From: Owenia fusiformis | Lineage: Eukaryota | Length of the DNA stretch: 64,000 nt | Assembly (NCBI GenBank): GCA_903813345.2 | Contig: CAIIXF020000001.1 | Location: 18,104,001 to 18,168,000 of the forward strand | Reading direction: 5' to 3' | In this document: one piece after another, positions 1 through 14,852 of the stretch | Position numbering within the stretch: position 1 is the first letter of the stretch | Layout of the letters: the number at the start of each line of letters is the position of its first letter | The notes under the pieces: model-generated | Seen by the model: the letters and a program-made list of their open reading frames with translations, nothing else | The model's database searches: none | What the model was told of the DNA's origin: nothing | Program-made: the position numbers and the translations under genes

Positions 1-1030
1 GTAAAGATGACTGTATTAGAAGGTTGGTCAAGTAGATAGTTCACATATATCATCCCCGCGACACATTTGCATCACGGTATACTCCCAAGTCATCATGTTA
101 GTAATTTGATTTGTTAATGTGAACTTATGGACCATGCAGAATCTATACATCAACTCCGATTTTTTGACATCTGGCATGAGTAATTAGGTTTATGCATAAT
201 ATTACTTTGTGGAAAATGACATTTAACAAATATGTTTCTATTTTATGAGCATTTTATTATCGTTTTTTATTAATCTATGTAGTTAAACTTTGGTCATTAC
301 CTTGGCATGCTAAACCGATGTATTCGTTACTTTGATTTCAAAAATCATCCATTAACAGAGAAACCTATCATATTTCCTCTTTTAAATATGTTTCAATACA
401 ACGACCTTATTTTAAACAATATACAGCCTGTATGTATGGAGCAACGGCTTTAATTATTGCAATTTTCAAAATATATTTAATTAACTTTAGCGACCAAGGT
501 TCCTGAAAAAGCGCGTTTTGCATAATTGTTCCAACGGCACCAGGGGCATATGCATTATGGATTGAACACATTTGTTTAAGGTTTTAAAATTTGATGGCAT
601 TTGTTTTTATGGCATGTGCAGGTGATGATACTTCTACCAGATTTGTCTTATACATTTACACTTATTAAAATGATTAGATATGAAAAAACTATAGCCGATC
701 TAAATCAATTATTGATGCATATTTGACAAACAAATATTATCTATGAGAAAACCCATTACCACTTTCCGATGTCTGTGGCTTTCCTGAAACCATTCTAATT
801 CATCAGAGTCATCATAAGACAAAACATTTTCCAAGCCATCAGATTCCAAAAGTAAATCAGTGCATCTCGAGGAATAAATTAATATCTAAGAATGTCTACA
901 TATTCCAAGGGAGAATTCGGTGAATCCCTCAATGCCTTGAAACGCATTGGCGAGTTGTATATTCCCGTTCGATAACACATCGTGAGATTCAAATATGGCC
1001 AGCGGAGGGACAAACCCTATATCTAGAATA

Positions 1031-1221
1031 CAAGGTTACAAACAATGCCATCTCTGAATTCGAATATATTAAAAGCTGGTGAAATTGGACAAAAGACAGA
1101 AGCCTAGATGCTATTTGACAACATCAATTTTTCAAGAATTCAACATTACCACACAAACAAAAGAATCTTTAGTATTGGTAATGGTTGCAAAATTGGAAGG
1201 CTGTATTTTTGTGTCACCCTG
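1031..1221. mobile_element. Degenerate short Tc1/mariner-like MITE remnant
   Basis: The right end tttttgtgtcaccctg (1206-1221) is identical to the right terminus of the MITE at 46333-46835. The left end TA|caaggttacaaacaat is a weak inverted match. Confidence 0.35.
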
Positions 1222-4200
1222 TGCATAACACATGTACCACACTTTGTTAATCAACAAATGCAAATAAATGCCTTGAACGCCATATAATAAGCATCACCCT
1301 GCACATGAATTGAGCAATTTTTCTACCTTTTCACGTTCTTTCTATCATGTAAAACGTAGATGTAACGTGTATATTATCATTTGATTATATCGGTAGATGT
1401 TAAGATTCAGAAGCACACTTTATATTTATTGGGGGTTGGTTCATATTAGTTGAAATTCATGTTCATATTTTTCATGTTTCGTTGCGTTGGATCTTAGCTG
1501 ATATCGATGCCTGGAATGTGAAGAAACACTTGAAAACTGAAATATGATTGTTCCCCCCAGTGGCTCTGGCAGCTGCACTCTAAGGGCTAAGTGGTTGATG
1601 AAATATGGTAGTTTTATCTGGTTAAAAGTAAGGGTTGTACTGGAACGAACTTTGTGTCTCACATCAAGTTTATGGCTGTCCAAAACATCCACATAGCAAG
1701 TTGCCAGTATTTCTAATAAAGTAGAACAACGGCCTACTGTACGTCGTGGTTACCTATTATTTTAAGTCTTACATTTTTGCAGTTAACACGTTTGACTTTA
1801 TACTTATATATTTTCGATACTAGTTCTGAATAATCAGGGGGCCTGTGTTGTTCCATGCTCTTTTCTTGTTGCACAGAGAGGGAACAGTGCTTTGCTTTTT
1901 GACAAAATTCCAGTTCTTAATTCCTCAATCAGAATAAACAAAATATTGGCATCGAGTTTAACATTTTATTTCACATCTGTGATTGAAACAGTAAAATCGT
2001 GTTGTTCTTGAGGATGATACCTCGGTGAACTTTAGGTTGACCCATGTCTTTAGTATACGATATCCCTATGAGGAAAGGAAATTTATCGGGATGATATACA
2101 AGTACACAAAATACCCCCAATTTCTGTAATATTATTTAACAATAAACTACTGACCTAGTTTTGTGAAAAAAACGTAAATCACATAAACATGTATTGCTTA
2201 TTTGACAATTTCTATTTAGGAATCATCATAGATCATTTGAAATACTATAACGATGGTGGGTTTTCCTCAAGCTCACTAGTGTGCATCCGTTGATTTTATA
2301 TGCTCTCTGTCCGTTCATCACTGCTAAGAATTAATGGCAACTGGCAACTCAGATATTTATTTTGTGATATTTGAGGACCGTAATAAACGGAGAGGTTTAA
2401 TATCTTGAATGTGGGCTTAGCATAGATATTTTATATTTTCACTCTCTGTGTCTATACGTTAATGTGTTCGTGATTCGTGAAGGTTGTGTTGATTGGTGTA
2501 GACTTGATATGCATGTAAAAAGGCAAGAAACGCACTGCAAATCCTTCCCTTAGTTGCAACTTAGAGATGAAACACACCGAACGTTTCTTGATTTAGGATG
2601 ATTTGAAACAATGGCTTCACCTATGGCAGTGTCCCGGAAGTAAAATGCTGAAGTATAGCGAAGTAATACCATGCCAAAGGATAATAATTACACATAATGT
2701 TGACCTATTACTAATTACTGTTACTCGATTCCCTGTAAATCATAGTCTTGTGTCAAAAAGGTTATCCCGTCCTCTATGGCTGTAATTCATCTGGAGATGT
2801 CTGAACCCGCAAGCTAAATCTCCTGTTTATCATTTATTTCATTTTAGTTATGCCTCTGTGGAATCAAAATGCACAACGTAAAGAGAACCTTGGAAATTGA
2901 ATCATCACTTGCTGATTAAAGCAAAGTACGAAACCAGAAGCCAACAACCTAGTTTAGGAAGCTATTTTCAAAAAAGCGAAATTATTGGAAGGGATATGGG
3001 TCGTGAGGTATGTTGTTCTCTACTGTTTCACATGTGTCATTTCTCATTCAAGATCTGGTGACAATGTTAATGTACTTGCTGTATGTCTGTGCTATGTCGA
3101 TTGGTTATCATAAGAGACAGTACTCAAAACATTCAGCGTATGAAACGTAATTTTAATAAACAATCATAGAAAATGTCCAGCAATGACATGTTTTATTTGA
3201 TACTAATCCCGATGCCCGGAGACAAGTTGTAATTATTAGTGAAGCTGACCTTTAATGAAGCGAAATCAAACTAGCGAAATGGTTAGATGTATGTAAAAGC
3301 TCGAATTCAAAACTCTGGATTCAAAGAAATACATGTTAAACTACTGTGTTATCAAGAGTTATTGGAGATACATGATATCAATGGTCCAAGTTTGATCTTA
3401 ATAAAAATGTTCCACGTATGTTGTCGAATGTAATGCCTCGATTCACTTCGCTGATTGTAATATACAAGAACAAACATAGGTTCATTGACTGTGCGATACC
3501 ATACAGACAGGCATGAAGTGATTTATTCAAAGAAAAAAATAAGCGAAGATGAAATTGGTGTTGGTACTATTTTCTATTGTTACATTAAAAACCATGTTAA
3601 CGAGACATTTGGGATTTCAAATCCATTAATGTTATTACATATTCATATTGGGTCACTGTCATAAGATCACATTACATTAGATCTATCTCATAAACAAACG
3701 CTTGGCATTTTAATGATAACCGTCCACACGTATGTGGTTATAATAAACACATATTCTTTCTCAAATTCATCAAAAATCACTTGATTTTTCATGTGTACGC
3801 TTGCTGTATATTTTGACATAAATCTATAATAATTGCCCGATGGGGATTCCACGTAAATCGTTCATTAGTATTGAAAATGTTCTATACCAGCCCTATTGCT
3901 ATATGAAGCCAAGTCAACGTCTACAGATAGAAACGAATGTTATTGACATTAATGTGACCATGTACGTTATTGGCATTACTGTAAATATTAAATACAAATG
4001 TGTGATCCATATGACTACCTACATATTAGGTCGACGAGGGTTTGGATTTCAGACCTATGCTTCGGTATAGCGACACGTCTATCCTCACATTTATATTTAG
4101 CGTCCGTTTATATGGAGTCACTTTGCCCTATCACAAGTTTTTACAGTATATTTATCTGATTATCTTTGCACAGTGTTTCTTGATTTTGATAATTTGAATG

Positions 4201-5609
4201 CTTTTCAAATATTTTATATCCACGAACCTAAAGTGTTTTTTTTTCAAGTGAGGTCAGTTTCTAATGTAGTTATAATATTTGATCACCCGTGTGCATGATT
4301 AACAAATATTAAAATGTTTGAACTTTAGTTTTTCTTAATTAATCTATTAAAAGAACCAGGTGAATTTCATTTGACCGTGATGTTATTTAGTTCCCATGGA
4401 TCAAATTTCTTGCAATCTTATCTCCATGGACATTTGTTTATCATGTCAAGGATTCCCTTTTGTTTCTGACGACCTGCGATGGACTGACGAACAAAATTGA
4501 TGGCTATATATAAAGACAAAGATAGAACATTCGTTGTGAGTAAAGCACATACAATTTCTTAATGAAGCTTAATTGTCAAATGACAAACGAATTGAATTAG
4601 AATAATAAAACTGTCCACAAGTTGAGATAAATGTCGAATTGTAACGTGTTAATCGCATAATTTTATAATCAAGCGCTTCCAGAAGAGAGGATTTGGCTAG
4701 TAGTATTAGGCAGGAGGAAATTTGATTAAGAAATTTATTGCCATTTTAACAAAAAAATAATTTACGCGGGTGCACTGATCTCTCAAAAAAGCATTGGTCC
4801 TATCATGTGGTTGCGCTGATCCCATTAGATTGTCAGTTTCTCTTGAATGCACACTAGCCATGCATTAATCATGGTCGCCCCGAGATCGTTAACTGAAAAA
4901 GAAACCCTGTTTCAATAAATAAAAAGAAGCATTTATCAATCCCTCGGGAATATCTTGTTAGCCGATGAGAGGATTATTTTCTTGGCTGCAGAATGGAGTT
5001 ATAAGGCTCGTTAGGAGTTTGGATTAAGAGGTGGTGCCTTAGGGTCTTTTCTATGCTGTTTGTTTTGAAGTACATTTACAGTGAATACTTTTGATCATCC
5101 TATTGGTCGAATGGAATTTTCGTTATTGAATGAATTGTACACACATTAAATACATATAGGTTAATGAGCTAGAGTTTCTTTGCAATCGGGCATTATTCTG
5201 GATATATTGTTTATATTTTGACATACATGTAGAATTAATTTTGAGTGTGAGTGTGATAAATATGAGTTCTTGGTTGCGAATGGTTTCACTGCTTTTCATT
5301 TAGCAAAGACATATTGGAACAAAATATTTGATTATTTGGGCATTTTGAGTGGCGGAATTTAAACGAATGCTAAATTAAAACCAGCTTTTGAATGTTATCA
5401 TTTACACCATATCATTTAACTATGATTCAATTCAGTATTTATGTTCTATTTATCACTTTCCATATCGCCTGTTTATCACACACTAGAGGCGCTATGGATC
5501 ATACAGACTGAAGATTCATTCATGAATACTAAATCTATTCATCTTTTGACATTCAAGAGTTAAAATATTCTTTACTGAGCAATAAAACCATAATTGAGAG
5601 ACCCTCCAT

Positions 5610-5730
5610 TCTCATTGGCGCACAAGCCAATAACTTCCTAATAAAATCTGGCGGCCATCTTGGTTGCATTTGAAATACGGCGGGAATTCGATAGATTTTG
5701 CTGTGTCTTTATTTTAAAATGGCGACGAAG
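5610..5730. promoter_or_regulatory. Promoter-like island with YY1/Pho-type, CCAAT and E2F-like motifs
   Basis: Locally CpG-richer. Contains ggcggccatcttgg (5650-5663), aaaatggcg (5716-5724), attgg and ccaat (about 5614-5631) and ggcgggaa (about 5679). Motif matches only. Confidence 0.4.
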
Positions 5731-8700
5731 ATATCTGTTCTTAGATAAATGGATATACATAGCCTTGGGGAGCACTTCGCTGGCATTGTGGTATGTTATA
5801 TCAGTTAGCTTTTCTTACCACATCCTTTTCAAAGTTGGCCTTGTCCGTGAAATCGTCTCCATCCTGGTTAGGTTAACTTTATAAGCAGGATTCGGAAATT
5901 AACGAAACGTACATCCGATTTCGGGATCGAAACGCCACTATTTCACGGATTTTTCATTCATTTCGTTATCTTATAGTTTTTATGTCATTGATGTCACCCA
6001 AGGAATGGTTTAGTGAGGTAAATAGTACTAAATACACGCATGAGCCGAGATATTACAGGCGATGCGCATTTTTGAAGTATATCTATCCATAGATAAACAT
6101 AGGCAAACGTTGAAGACGATATAGTGTGTAGATATATCTATTTTAACAGTAAATCATTGAATCAAAACAATGTTACATATACTTTAACGATGTTTTAAAC
6201 TAATTAGTCAGAAAGCTTTATTTACAGGAGCATCATAGTCGCTTTGATGTAGTGTTGAAACATGAGAAATCAATGAAGTGAAATGGAGATTTCTGGGGTG
6301 TTGTTTGTTTGTGGTAACGTGTAGTGTTAAGAATGAGTTTAAACCATTAACAATGCTATTTTATTTGGAACGCTAAGAAGTTATGTAAAGTTTACATAGC
6401 ACGTATTTTCTTTATTGTTCTATCTATTTGGGTTGAAGATTAGCTTGTTTGTCAGTTTTGTGGTTTTTAAACTTAATAAATGGGGTACAGACTTTCAATG
6501 ATCGTTATTCTAGCATCAGCTTCATATCCTAAACGTGTTCTACTGTTTGCATGATATCTGAACGAAATGTTTCATTTTCAAACCGACACTGGCTTCTCTT
6601 TTGATAGAAACATCGGTAGATAGACGAGATAAATTGATCATCTTTTGAGGTTTTGACAATATTGGTGTTTGGATTTCTTCTGTGTATAAATTGTTCAGTT
6701 TTAAATAGTCAATCAATATCGTTTATTGGGATTTGTTTGTTCATCGAATTCCATTCGTCTTATTTTGATACAATAAATACTTGATAAAATTTAGAATCGT
6801 TCCAAGTCTTCATTAATATTGATTAAAGTAAATATATATGTTTTTGTATAAATTCAATTAAGAACGGCGCATATGTACAATGTAATCGTTCAGCTTTGAT
6901 TAACGTTTGTCGTCAAGGGAATTCAATCCTTATCCAGGTACGCTGGTATTCATCTGCGGGACACTGATTTATCTATCATTTCATAAATAGGCGCCCGCCA
7001 TATTGGACTATAATTTCAGAAATATACAAAACACATATCAACGTTATGGATGGGATTTATATTTGTGCACTATAAATATTCATTCCAATTAGACTAGTTT
7101 GTATCATGTATCAAAGTAGCATATTTCCGTGTTATAAAATGCACCAAGGGCTACATGGGTATTTAATCTTGCCATGTGAGATACATTCTGGACAGTTCCA
7201 CCCAAATGCAGTTCAAATTTCGGAAAAGGAATTTGACAAACAGCTGTACGAGTATTACCTAAAATTAACTCCATAAATTAGGAATTGGATGTCAAACGTT
7301 CAGCGAAATGTAGTGTTATCGGATGGTCCATGGCAGATATAAATGTAAGGCTCAGCCAAGTAATTCCAAAACACGGTGTTCTGAATGTCATTAGCAGTCT
7401 TAAAGATCCATCATGTTTGACTTTTAAACTCTGACCATTTGTTTTAATAACAAACACGTCAAAGGAGTTAATTTGGTATAAACCATACCCTTTTACGTAG
7501 CTGATTTTCTCTTGAAAAGTGTTCCCCTATCAGAGAACCACTTAAACAAGATGGAAAATAACGAGCTTGCTATCTATGGAGTTCTGCTTTGCACAAAAGC
7601 TAGTTTATTCAAGATAAGCTAGTTATATCCAAGCTTGTGTTCATTTTTAATTAAAGCTTCAAACATTGTGTGGTCCTTTGTATTCTTGGAGAGTTGCATG
7701 TTTCAGTTTCAATCAGGTGTCAACGTTGTCAATTTTAAGTCCATGTCTTCACGGTGTTGGAATCTCGTATCGGTCCCCGTCGATCTCATCTGAAAATAAA
7801 GTATTCTTTTTTATTGTTGTAATGATTCATTTATCACGATTAAACAGCAAATTTTGTATTCAAAACATGACTTTCAATTTCATGTTTTTTAATGAAATAC
7901 TGATCTCATAGATTTAGTGGATATTTCGTTAATTCAAGAATTCTGATATTTTTACGAAATGGGAATTATCTATTCAAAATTGTTTTAAACGTTCTTTATG
8001 TTTGAATAATTATTGCTAAAACACCTAAAATAATGTAGTGGATTACTTTGTGAATATATAATCGTTGATATAACTAGCGAATCCCTTTACTGTGTTCGTA
8101 CCTTTCTTATTTTAGGCGGCATAGAACCAAAAACACTCTAGATAACGAAACAATATATAAATGTTACAATACCAAGTATACTCTATTAAACTACGTATGT
8201 TTTAACCACTAAAACAAGTGGTATTGAATTAAAAGCAAGTTCTCAGCAATGACATGACAGTATTCATTATATAACTCAGATTAAATGCAAACATAACCCT
8301 TTTGGCCCTAAGGTGTTTTTCATGAGGTTTGGAATCATTAGGATCAATCTAATTTCTTTCAAACAAGGTAAAATATTAGCCATCAAGCTAAAATGACGAT
8401 GACCGCAACGATGTTTCTCGTGGTAGTTCATCGTTCATAGTTATATTATAAGCATTATGATTAATAAACAGAGAAGTCATCTGATCCCTATTCACGACAA
8501 TTCCAACCAAACAATTAATCTAAAAATGATTGGATGAAAAGCGATGTTATGTTCATTAAAGCAATATAAATAGTGTCGCAACGCAATAAGTATCAAATCT
8601 CGTTTCTCTTTAGAAACATGATCTAACAATTCACTCTCTTGCAACATTGTTCATTGTAATCACAGCCTTTGTATTTGTTAGCACTATCCCTGGTTTAATT

Positions 8701-11700
8701 ATTTCCAGTTCAATCCATCATATCAGCAAATCATAGTTTTAATGTTGTGGTGAAACGTCTATGATATGATACTTTAAATATACAAACAATACAGTATATA
8801 ACATATTGAAATTAATAAGCTTATTGCTACCACGCTATCGATCTGTATTTTATTTCAATCTTAGTTGTCATTTTAATTTATTTAAACTCTTTGATTTGAT
8901 CTTTTTAAGATTCAATTTTTCCTAATATATACCATGTTATTAATGCTTTAAGATTATGGAAATACCACGACGGAAATACAATCAACTGAATTAGAAACTA
9001 TCAGATTAATTTTGTTAAAAGTTAAATGAAAGATATTGAGAGAACTGCCCTATTATCTTTTGCAGTTGGTACCGTTTAACAACTGTACACATCTTCTTAA
9101 TTTTAACATTGCCGTGGTAATAATTTGATAAAATGAATTTTGTAATTTTGTTCTCTTATCTTGAATTCCAATACATTTTGTACTAGTCGAAAACAATTAT
9201 TATCGATTTTTTAGAAATAATGCCGTTGGCACTAATACGGGTTGTCGGGTCAGTTTCACTCATTTAATCTATTTTCGAAATGTAACAAAAACAAAAGGAA
9301 TCAAACGCTTATTGTACCTTTTGGATTTATTTTGTTTTCAAATATGAATAATCCGGTTCTTAATACGTCCACCAAATATAAGAGGCTAAATGTCGCCATC
9401 ATATTATATATATATTCTTAACAAGTTTCCATAATTGAAAATAATCAAAAATAACAACTGTGATACCATTTTAAATGTAAATCCAAATAAACAGAAAAAC
9501 ACAGAATTATTCTTGTGATATTTTATAATACCCATTCTCCATGTCGTGATCTGTCAAGTAATTGATCAGTTAGTTTAATGTTTTAGTTGTTCTTCCTGAA
9601 AATATAATTTGTATTTTCTAGAGTTGTATTTTCTTGTTGTGTATACATGAAAACTGAATTAACATTTTCTGGAGCAAGGAAACGGTTGGCTCACCTTGGT
9701 TACCAATTTGTATTTTTCACACTACAACTTGAACCTTCCGACTCAGAATGGTGAATCATACTGTTTTTCATACCTCATCCTCACAGAAGCAGTAAACTAG
9801 CAAACATAGCGGTGACATTGACACTATAAAAGTGCTATATCGCGCACATATTCATGTTTTATTACCCCATTTCAGGCAATTAATATCTCATTTATACGAT
9901 TTTATGGCCAAAATATAGGTCACGAGTCGTAAAAATGATAGCAAGCCAACTACCTGTTTTCTTCCTGTATTCTTCCCCGAGTCGCAAACGGTGTTTGAAG
10001 GATTTGGTCTAGATAGAATTAAAACAAAATACAAAATGACAATGAGAATTTCTACGTACGCCGAGGAGATGTTGGATGCGAACATATTAACGTGAGTTCA
10101 ATTCCATTAATTTTTCGTTTTTCTCTGATGAGTAGCCAGATATAATGAATGGTCGAAGACAAAGAAAGGAAAGTTCACGAATAACTGGTATTGGAGAACA
10201 AACCATATAACAGTTATCTATTTGATAGATGCTTGCAATATCTATCCTTTTATTGAAGTCTAAAATGAAACTCAACCGACTGCAAAATCGATGATTTGAT
10301 CGTGCAAATAAAGCGTTAGCTTGGGGACGCCATATTGAATTGAAGGACACTGGTCAAGCAAGAGAGTTATCCACTAAAATAACGAAAGAAGGCGCTTTTG
10401 ATTATAAATGTTACTATTGATGTATTTCATATATTGTAAATAGTATGGAAATAATATTAAAAGAACCGACACAACTTTTATTGTGAAGCTTTGGTATGAT
10501 TTCATAGATAATATCTCGAATGTCAAAACACATTGTTTTTCAACCGTATATCTTGTTTAGTTGTGAAAAGGATCCTTATTATAAAAGTCCAAGTCCTGTA
10601 TGTTACAATATTGAAATTGTTTAATGCAAACCAAAGGCACGATGACATTTCTGCGTAATACTATATTCAAATAACCACCTCAGTCGTGTTTTTATGTTAT
10701 TTCTAACAAAAGAGAATTTTGAATTAGATACTAAATTGTTTCAGTGGAAGAAAAGCTTTTAATACAAACTAGTTTTACGTCAAATAGCATCCCGAATGTG
10801 CTAAATCTTCGTATCGACTTGATTCAAAACATTTCCTAAAATACTCCCCGTGGAGTAGAATACTCCTCTAACGTCACATACAAGAGTAGTACAATAGTTA
10901 AAGATACAAAAAGGTTTTGAAAAATCAATTAATGTATCATTGCTTTTAACATTTACTTCAGGAATTGTTTAGTCACACATTAACGTGTAGATTCTCATAT
11001 TCATGTACGGTACAATCTCAAATAATTAAGTGCTCGTTTTCATAGTATCATGCTTATTTTTAGGTAACGGGGGTATAACCGAAGAATCACACATGTTTTA
11101 TACCCATGTTATCGGAAGGGGTTCCTTCCGAAACAAAAAAAGCTCGATGTTCATTACGATAGACACGAATTATCACATGCGGATGCACACCAAGAGTCTT
11201 TGAGTGCAATGCCGTTATTTAAGGAAATATCCAATTCATGTGGTTTAATAATAAATGAAATATCGTCGTTCCGTTGTGCTTTATTTAAGGATGTGTTTTC
11301 TAAGAGGTAAATTCTAAATTAAATGTCATCGTGAGAAAAACGTGAAATGTGGAACCACGTATTTCTGCATTGGGAATTTTCAAATTATTATTACCACATG
11401 ATAAATGTATATTTTAAACCATGTAGCCATCTGAATATCTTTATACATTATTTGAAGGACGCCCTGCTAATAATTCGTTTTTGAGAAATGTGTTGTGTTC
11501 CACTAACAAATAGCAAAGGGCATTTGCTGGTCAGAGCCTGTATAACTTGTCATTAAAATACCGGTTGAATGATGGCTTCTCCGTTTTTATTGCCTATTTG
11601 TAAGAAACCTACATCAATTTTCTCAAGTTTCTTCATTTTATGGATGGAAAACAGCATAGGTACATATCTCTACAACTCGGGGAAGCATTTGGCGTGAGTG

Positions 11701-13012
11701 TTACTAACATCTGCGCCTCCTTCAACGTTGGGTTACAAACGTTGATACGATTTACATGTTAATCTGGAATTATTTCAAACAGTTTAGAAAATTATTCATA
11801 AAAACGTATAAACACGAGTCAATTAGACGAGCATATTTCCATTTGGGAACAAATGGTTGCTAAGATTTAGACGAAAGAATCCCATGAGAATGATGAGTTA
11901 TAAAAGTGTATCATATTTTGCAGCATTAGCAAAATTTGGTTTATTATGTATTTTACTGAAATAATATACACCAATGGTCTAATAATTTATATTAATTCCT
12001 TAAAGGCAGGGATTCCTTACCATTTGGCAAATAAAACCACAACCCCATTTTGATGCAGCCTATTACATAACTGAATGACAGTTTAAAATATTACATTGCA
12101 TTTTTCAACCCAGATAGGTACTACTATTTAAATATAAAATGACAATCTGATTCAGAATATATTCATTAATAACTGTTTCAAAATTTAGCTGATTCTGTGC
12201 AAAAATACCAGAGAAAATACGGAAAACATGTCTTAGGTGTCATATTCTCTGGATCAATTCAAACATGCTATTACATGATTTTCTAACTGACTTTCTGTTG
12301 TTAAAGTAATGTATTAAAACTACGATTAAACATTACTTTCAAAACTGCGTTCGTAGTTCTATACAATTCTACAATAATTCGTGTGTGCTTTCTCACATCT
12401 CATTTATAATGTTGTTATCATGGATATACAGGTATATTAAAAACTATTCATGAAAAACTGTTAGACGTACCTCTGAGAAGCAACACTTGAATGTAACCAT
12501 GGACTTTCAATTAGAAATGAAAATATCGTTTCCTCTAGGTCTTTGAATCGCATAAAAGATTATCATATTCTCCCTAAAACACACTTAAATTTAAAAATTA
12601 CTAAGAATACATCTTATATATCATTTTTGAAATTTTGAAAAGGACTTGAAACACGAAGTCGTGTGATCGTTCAAAGTTGGATACACAAATGAAGTTAAAT
12701 CGTCAAGTTTTAGAACATCGTTCAAGGTTATTAAAGGTTTATATATGTCTCCGCCTACTAGCAATTGACATTAACATTTATTCATCCAACACAGCATTTT
12801 GGGCTTTAATTATACAAAAAGAAGATGATTTTAGATGCGATGACTAAATATCCACACTATGTACATCCAGGAAAATTGTTGATGTTTATGAAGAAAAAGG
12901 GCCATGGATGGTTTGTCGAGTGTATTTTACATGACTTTCTTTTGTAAAGAATCCGTGAAAATATATACTCTGGGGAGAAGAACATTAGAAAGTATTTTCC
13001 TGGGAAATTATA

Positions 13013-13578
13013 TATTCCTCATTCAAACATGACCGTGCTCTATTCGAATTTCTCAACCAATCAGAATGCAGCATAGCCAATATAGAACGTTCTCTAATTC
13101 TCCATAGATGCACGACCATGCTCTATTCAATCTGCAATTTGCATTGTTTTGAGTGACGTCACATCTCAGCTGCACATCTGGGGCTCTGTCCGGGGATAGC
13201 TGTTCTTTTTTACTCCCTCCGTAACTACTGTAACTATTTAACTATGGCTGACTTGCATACACCGTATAAAATCTAAAACGGGGAGTAAAATAGAACAGCC
13301 CAAACAAATTCTAAAATTTTTCCGGCCGACTTCAGAATCTTGACAGCATGCGTATTCTTCCTTCATGCCCGTTCCACAAACACGGCTTTTACTAATTTTT
13401 ATGTTTGAATCGGAATAAATAATGATAGGCCATTCAATATGGTGAAATTCAGCACTCGTTGGACAGAATGTTAATACAAATGCACTCACCTTCGGTTCGT
13501 GCTTTGTACAACATTCTGTCCAACTCGTGCTGAATTTCACCATATTGAATGGCCTATCATTATTTATTCCTTAAATAT
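13013..13578. mobile_element. Non-autonomous element with an asymmetric inverted repeat and a 159-bp terminal hairpin (Crypton-like architecture, family inferred)
   Basis: tattcctcattcaaacat (13013-13030) pairs with atgtttgaatcggaata (13401-13417). 13412-13570 is a near-perfect palindrome (ggaataaataatgataggccattcaatatggtgaaattcagcac ... gtgctgaatttcaccatattgaatggcctatcattatttattcc). Internal ccaatcagaa motif and duplicated gacc(g/a)tgctctattc. Confidence 0.6.
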
Positions 13579-14852
13579 ACCTTGATAATCCACTGTCCAA
13601 GAACTTGTTTTCTGTAATGATAAATCAGAATCCCTTAAAGCATTAGAGAAAGATGTTACTCTGATAAATCAGAATAATCCCTACTTTTATGGCTTGTACA
13701 GAATTGTACAGAATACATCATTGCCAATTTTAACAAAGTTTACTCATACCAAGGTATCAGTCTTCAGATTATACAATTGCAACCCAGCAGAAAGAGTGTT
13801 GTTTCATTTTGTGATTGGAACTTCAATTGTTTTTCATTAATAAACCAAAAGCCATGTTGTATTATATTTCCTACTGTTGCATGTGTGGCTGTTGCAAGTT
13901 AGTGTTCGTTCTTATATGTCCCTCTACTACCCACTATTGGGCTAACATTTCCTTTAGCTTTAATCCCCTTGTTCAAGTTCTGCACTTGTACTTCGCGAGC
14001 TATTATTCAACGTTGATGTTCATCATCCATATACTTTGTTACTTTCAATAAATAGATAAAGGAATTTTTGAACATAGACATGAACCGTAATATAATGGGG
14101 GGTTTTAAGAACTTGTAGATGGTTTTGAAAAAATTGAAGTCAGTCAAAACAGTATTTGTTACGTCATTGGAAGTTGTAAGACGCCAACCACCAACCCCCA
14201 CCCGCCGGACGCCACCCGCCAACCGCCGTCACAAAAAACGGAGTCCATAACAATATGCCAAAAAACGACATTTCGGATCTGGACCTTGTATTAATTTATA
14301 CATTTTTATCGACAATTTTTGAGTCACGAAAAAATTACATTCGGATGATTCCAAAACAATTTCAAACTTTGCATGGGACCTTTAACATGAAATCCCATTT
14401 GGACTGTCATTTTCATTTTCCTTCGCGTTGATGTATATAGTTGTGACTGTCCTGTATTTGGCACATAGCTGAGCAACAAACGAGACCTTCAAAGTCAGCC
14501 CCTTCATGAAAAATACGCAATTTGTTACTGTATGAGATTCTAATATACCATTTAAAAGGTGAGATCGTCAACTTTATTACTGAAGTTCATTTATCGCAAA
14601 TGTCCAATTAACATTTCATCACCAGTTAATTTGGGATGTAATTTTATCTAAGATCGCTTTTGAGGATAATAAAAGGCATAATTGTGTAAAATGTGTAAAA
14701 GTCATTCTGGTATAATGAAAGAGCATGTGAATTAATAATGAAGTGTCTCACTAATCATTTATGTAAAAATAATAGATTTGATATTGACACCTTAAAAGGT
14801 ACAAAATAATGTCAATATTCTAAATTTCTATGCTCAGTATTTTAAGATGAAA

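Noticed and set aside
2848..3007. Plus-strand acceptor/donor pair (attttag ... GAG|gtatgt)
   Set aside because: All three frames contain stops. At most a non-coding exon, with no support.
7710..7800. Minus-strand acceptor tttattttcag followed by a short GC-richer stretch
   Set aside because: The frames I read stop quickly and no partner exon was found.
14040..14290. GC-rich (ccgcc/gacgcc) patch as a CpG promoter or the 71-aa ORF
   Set aside because: It looks like a low-complexity tract in a transposon remnant. Element ends could not be defined.
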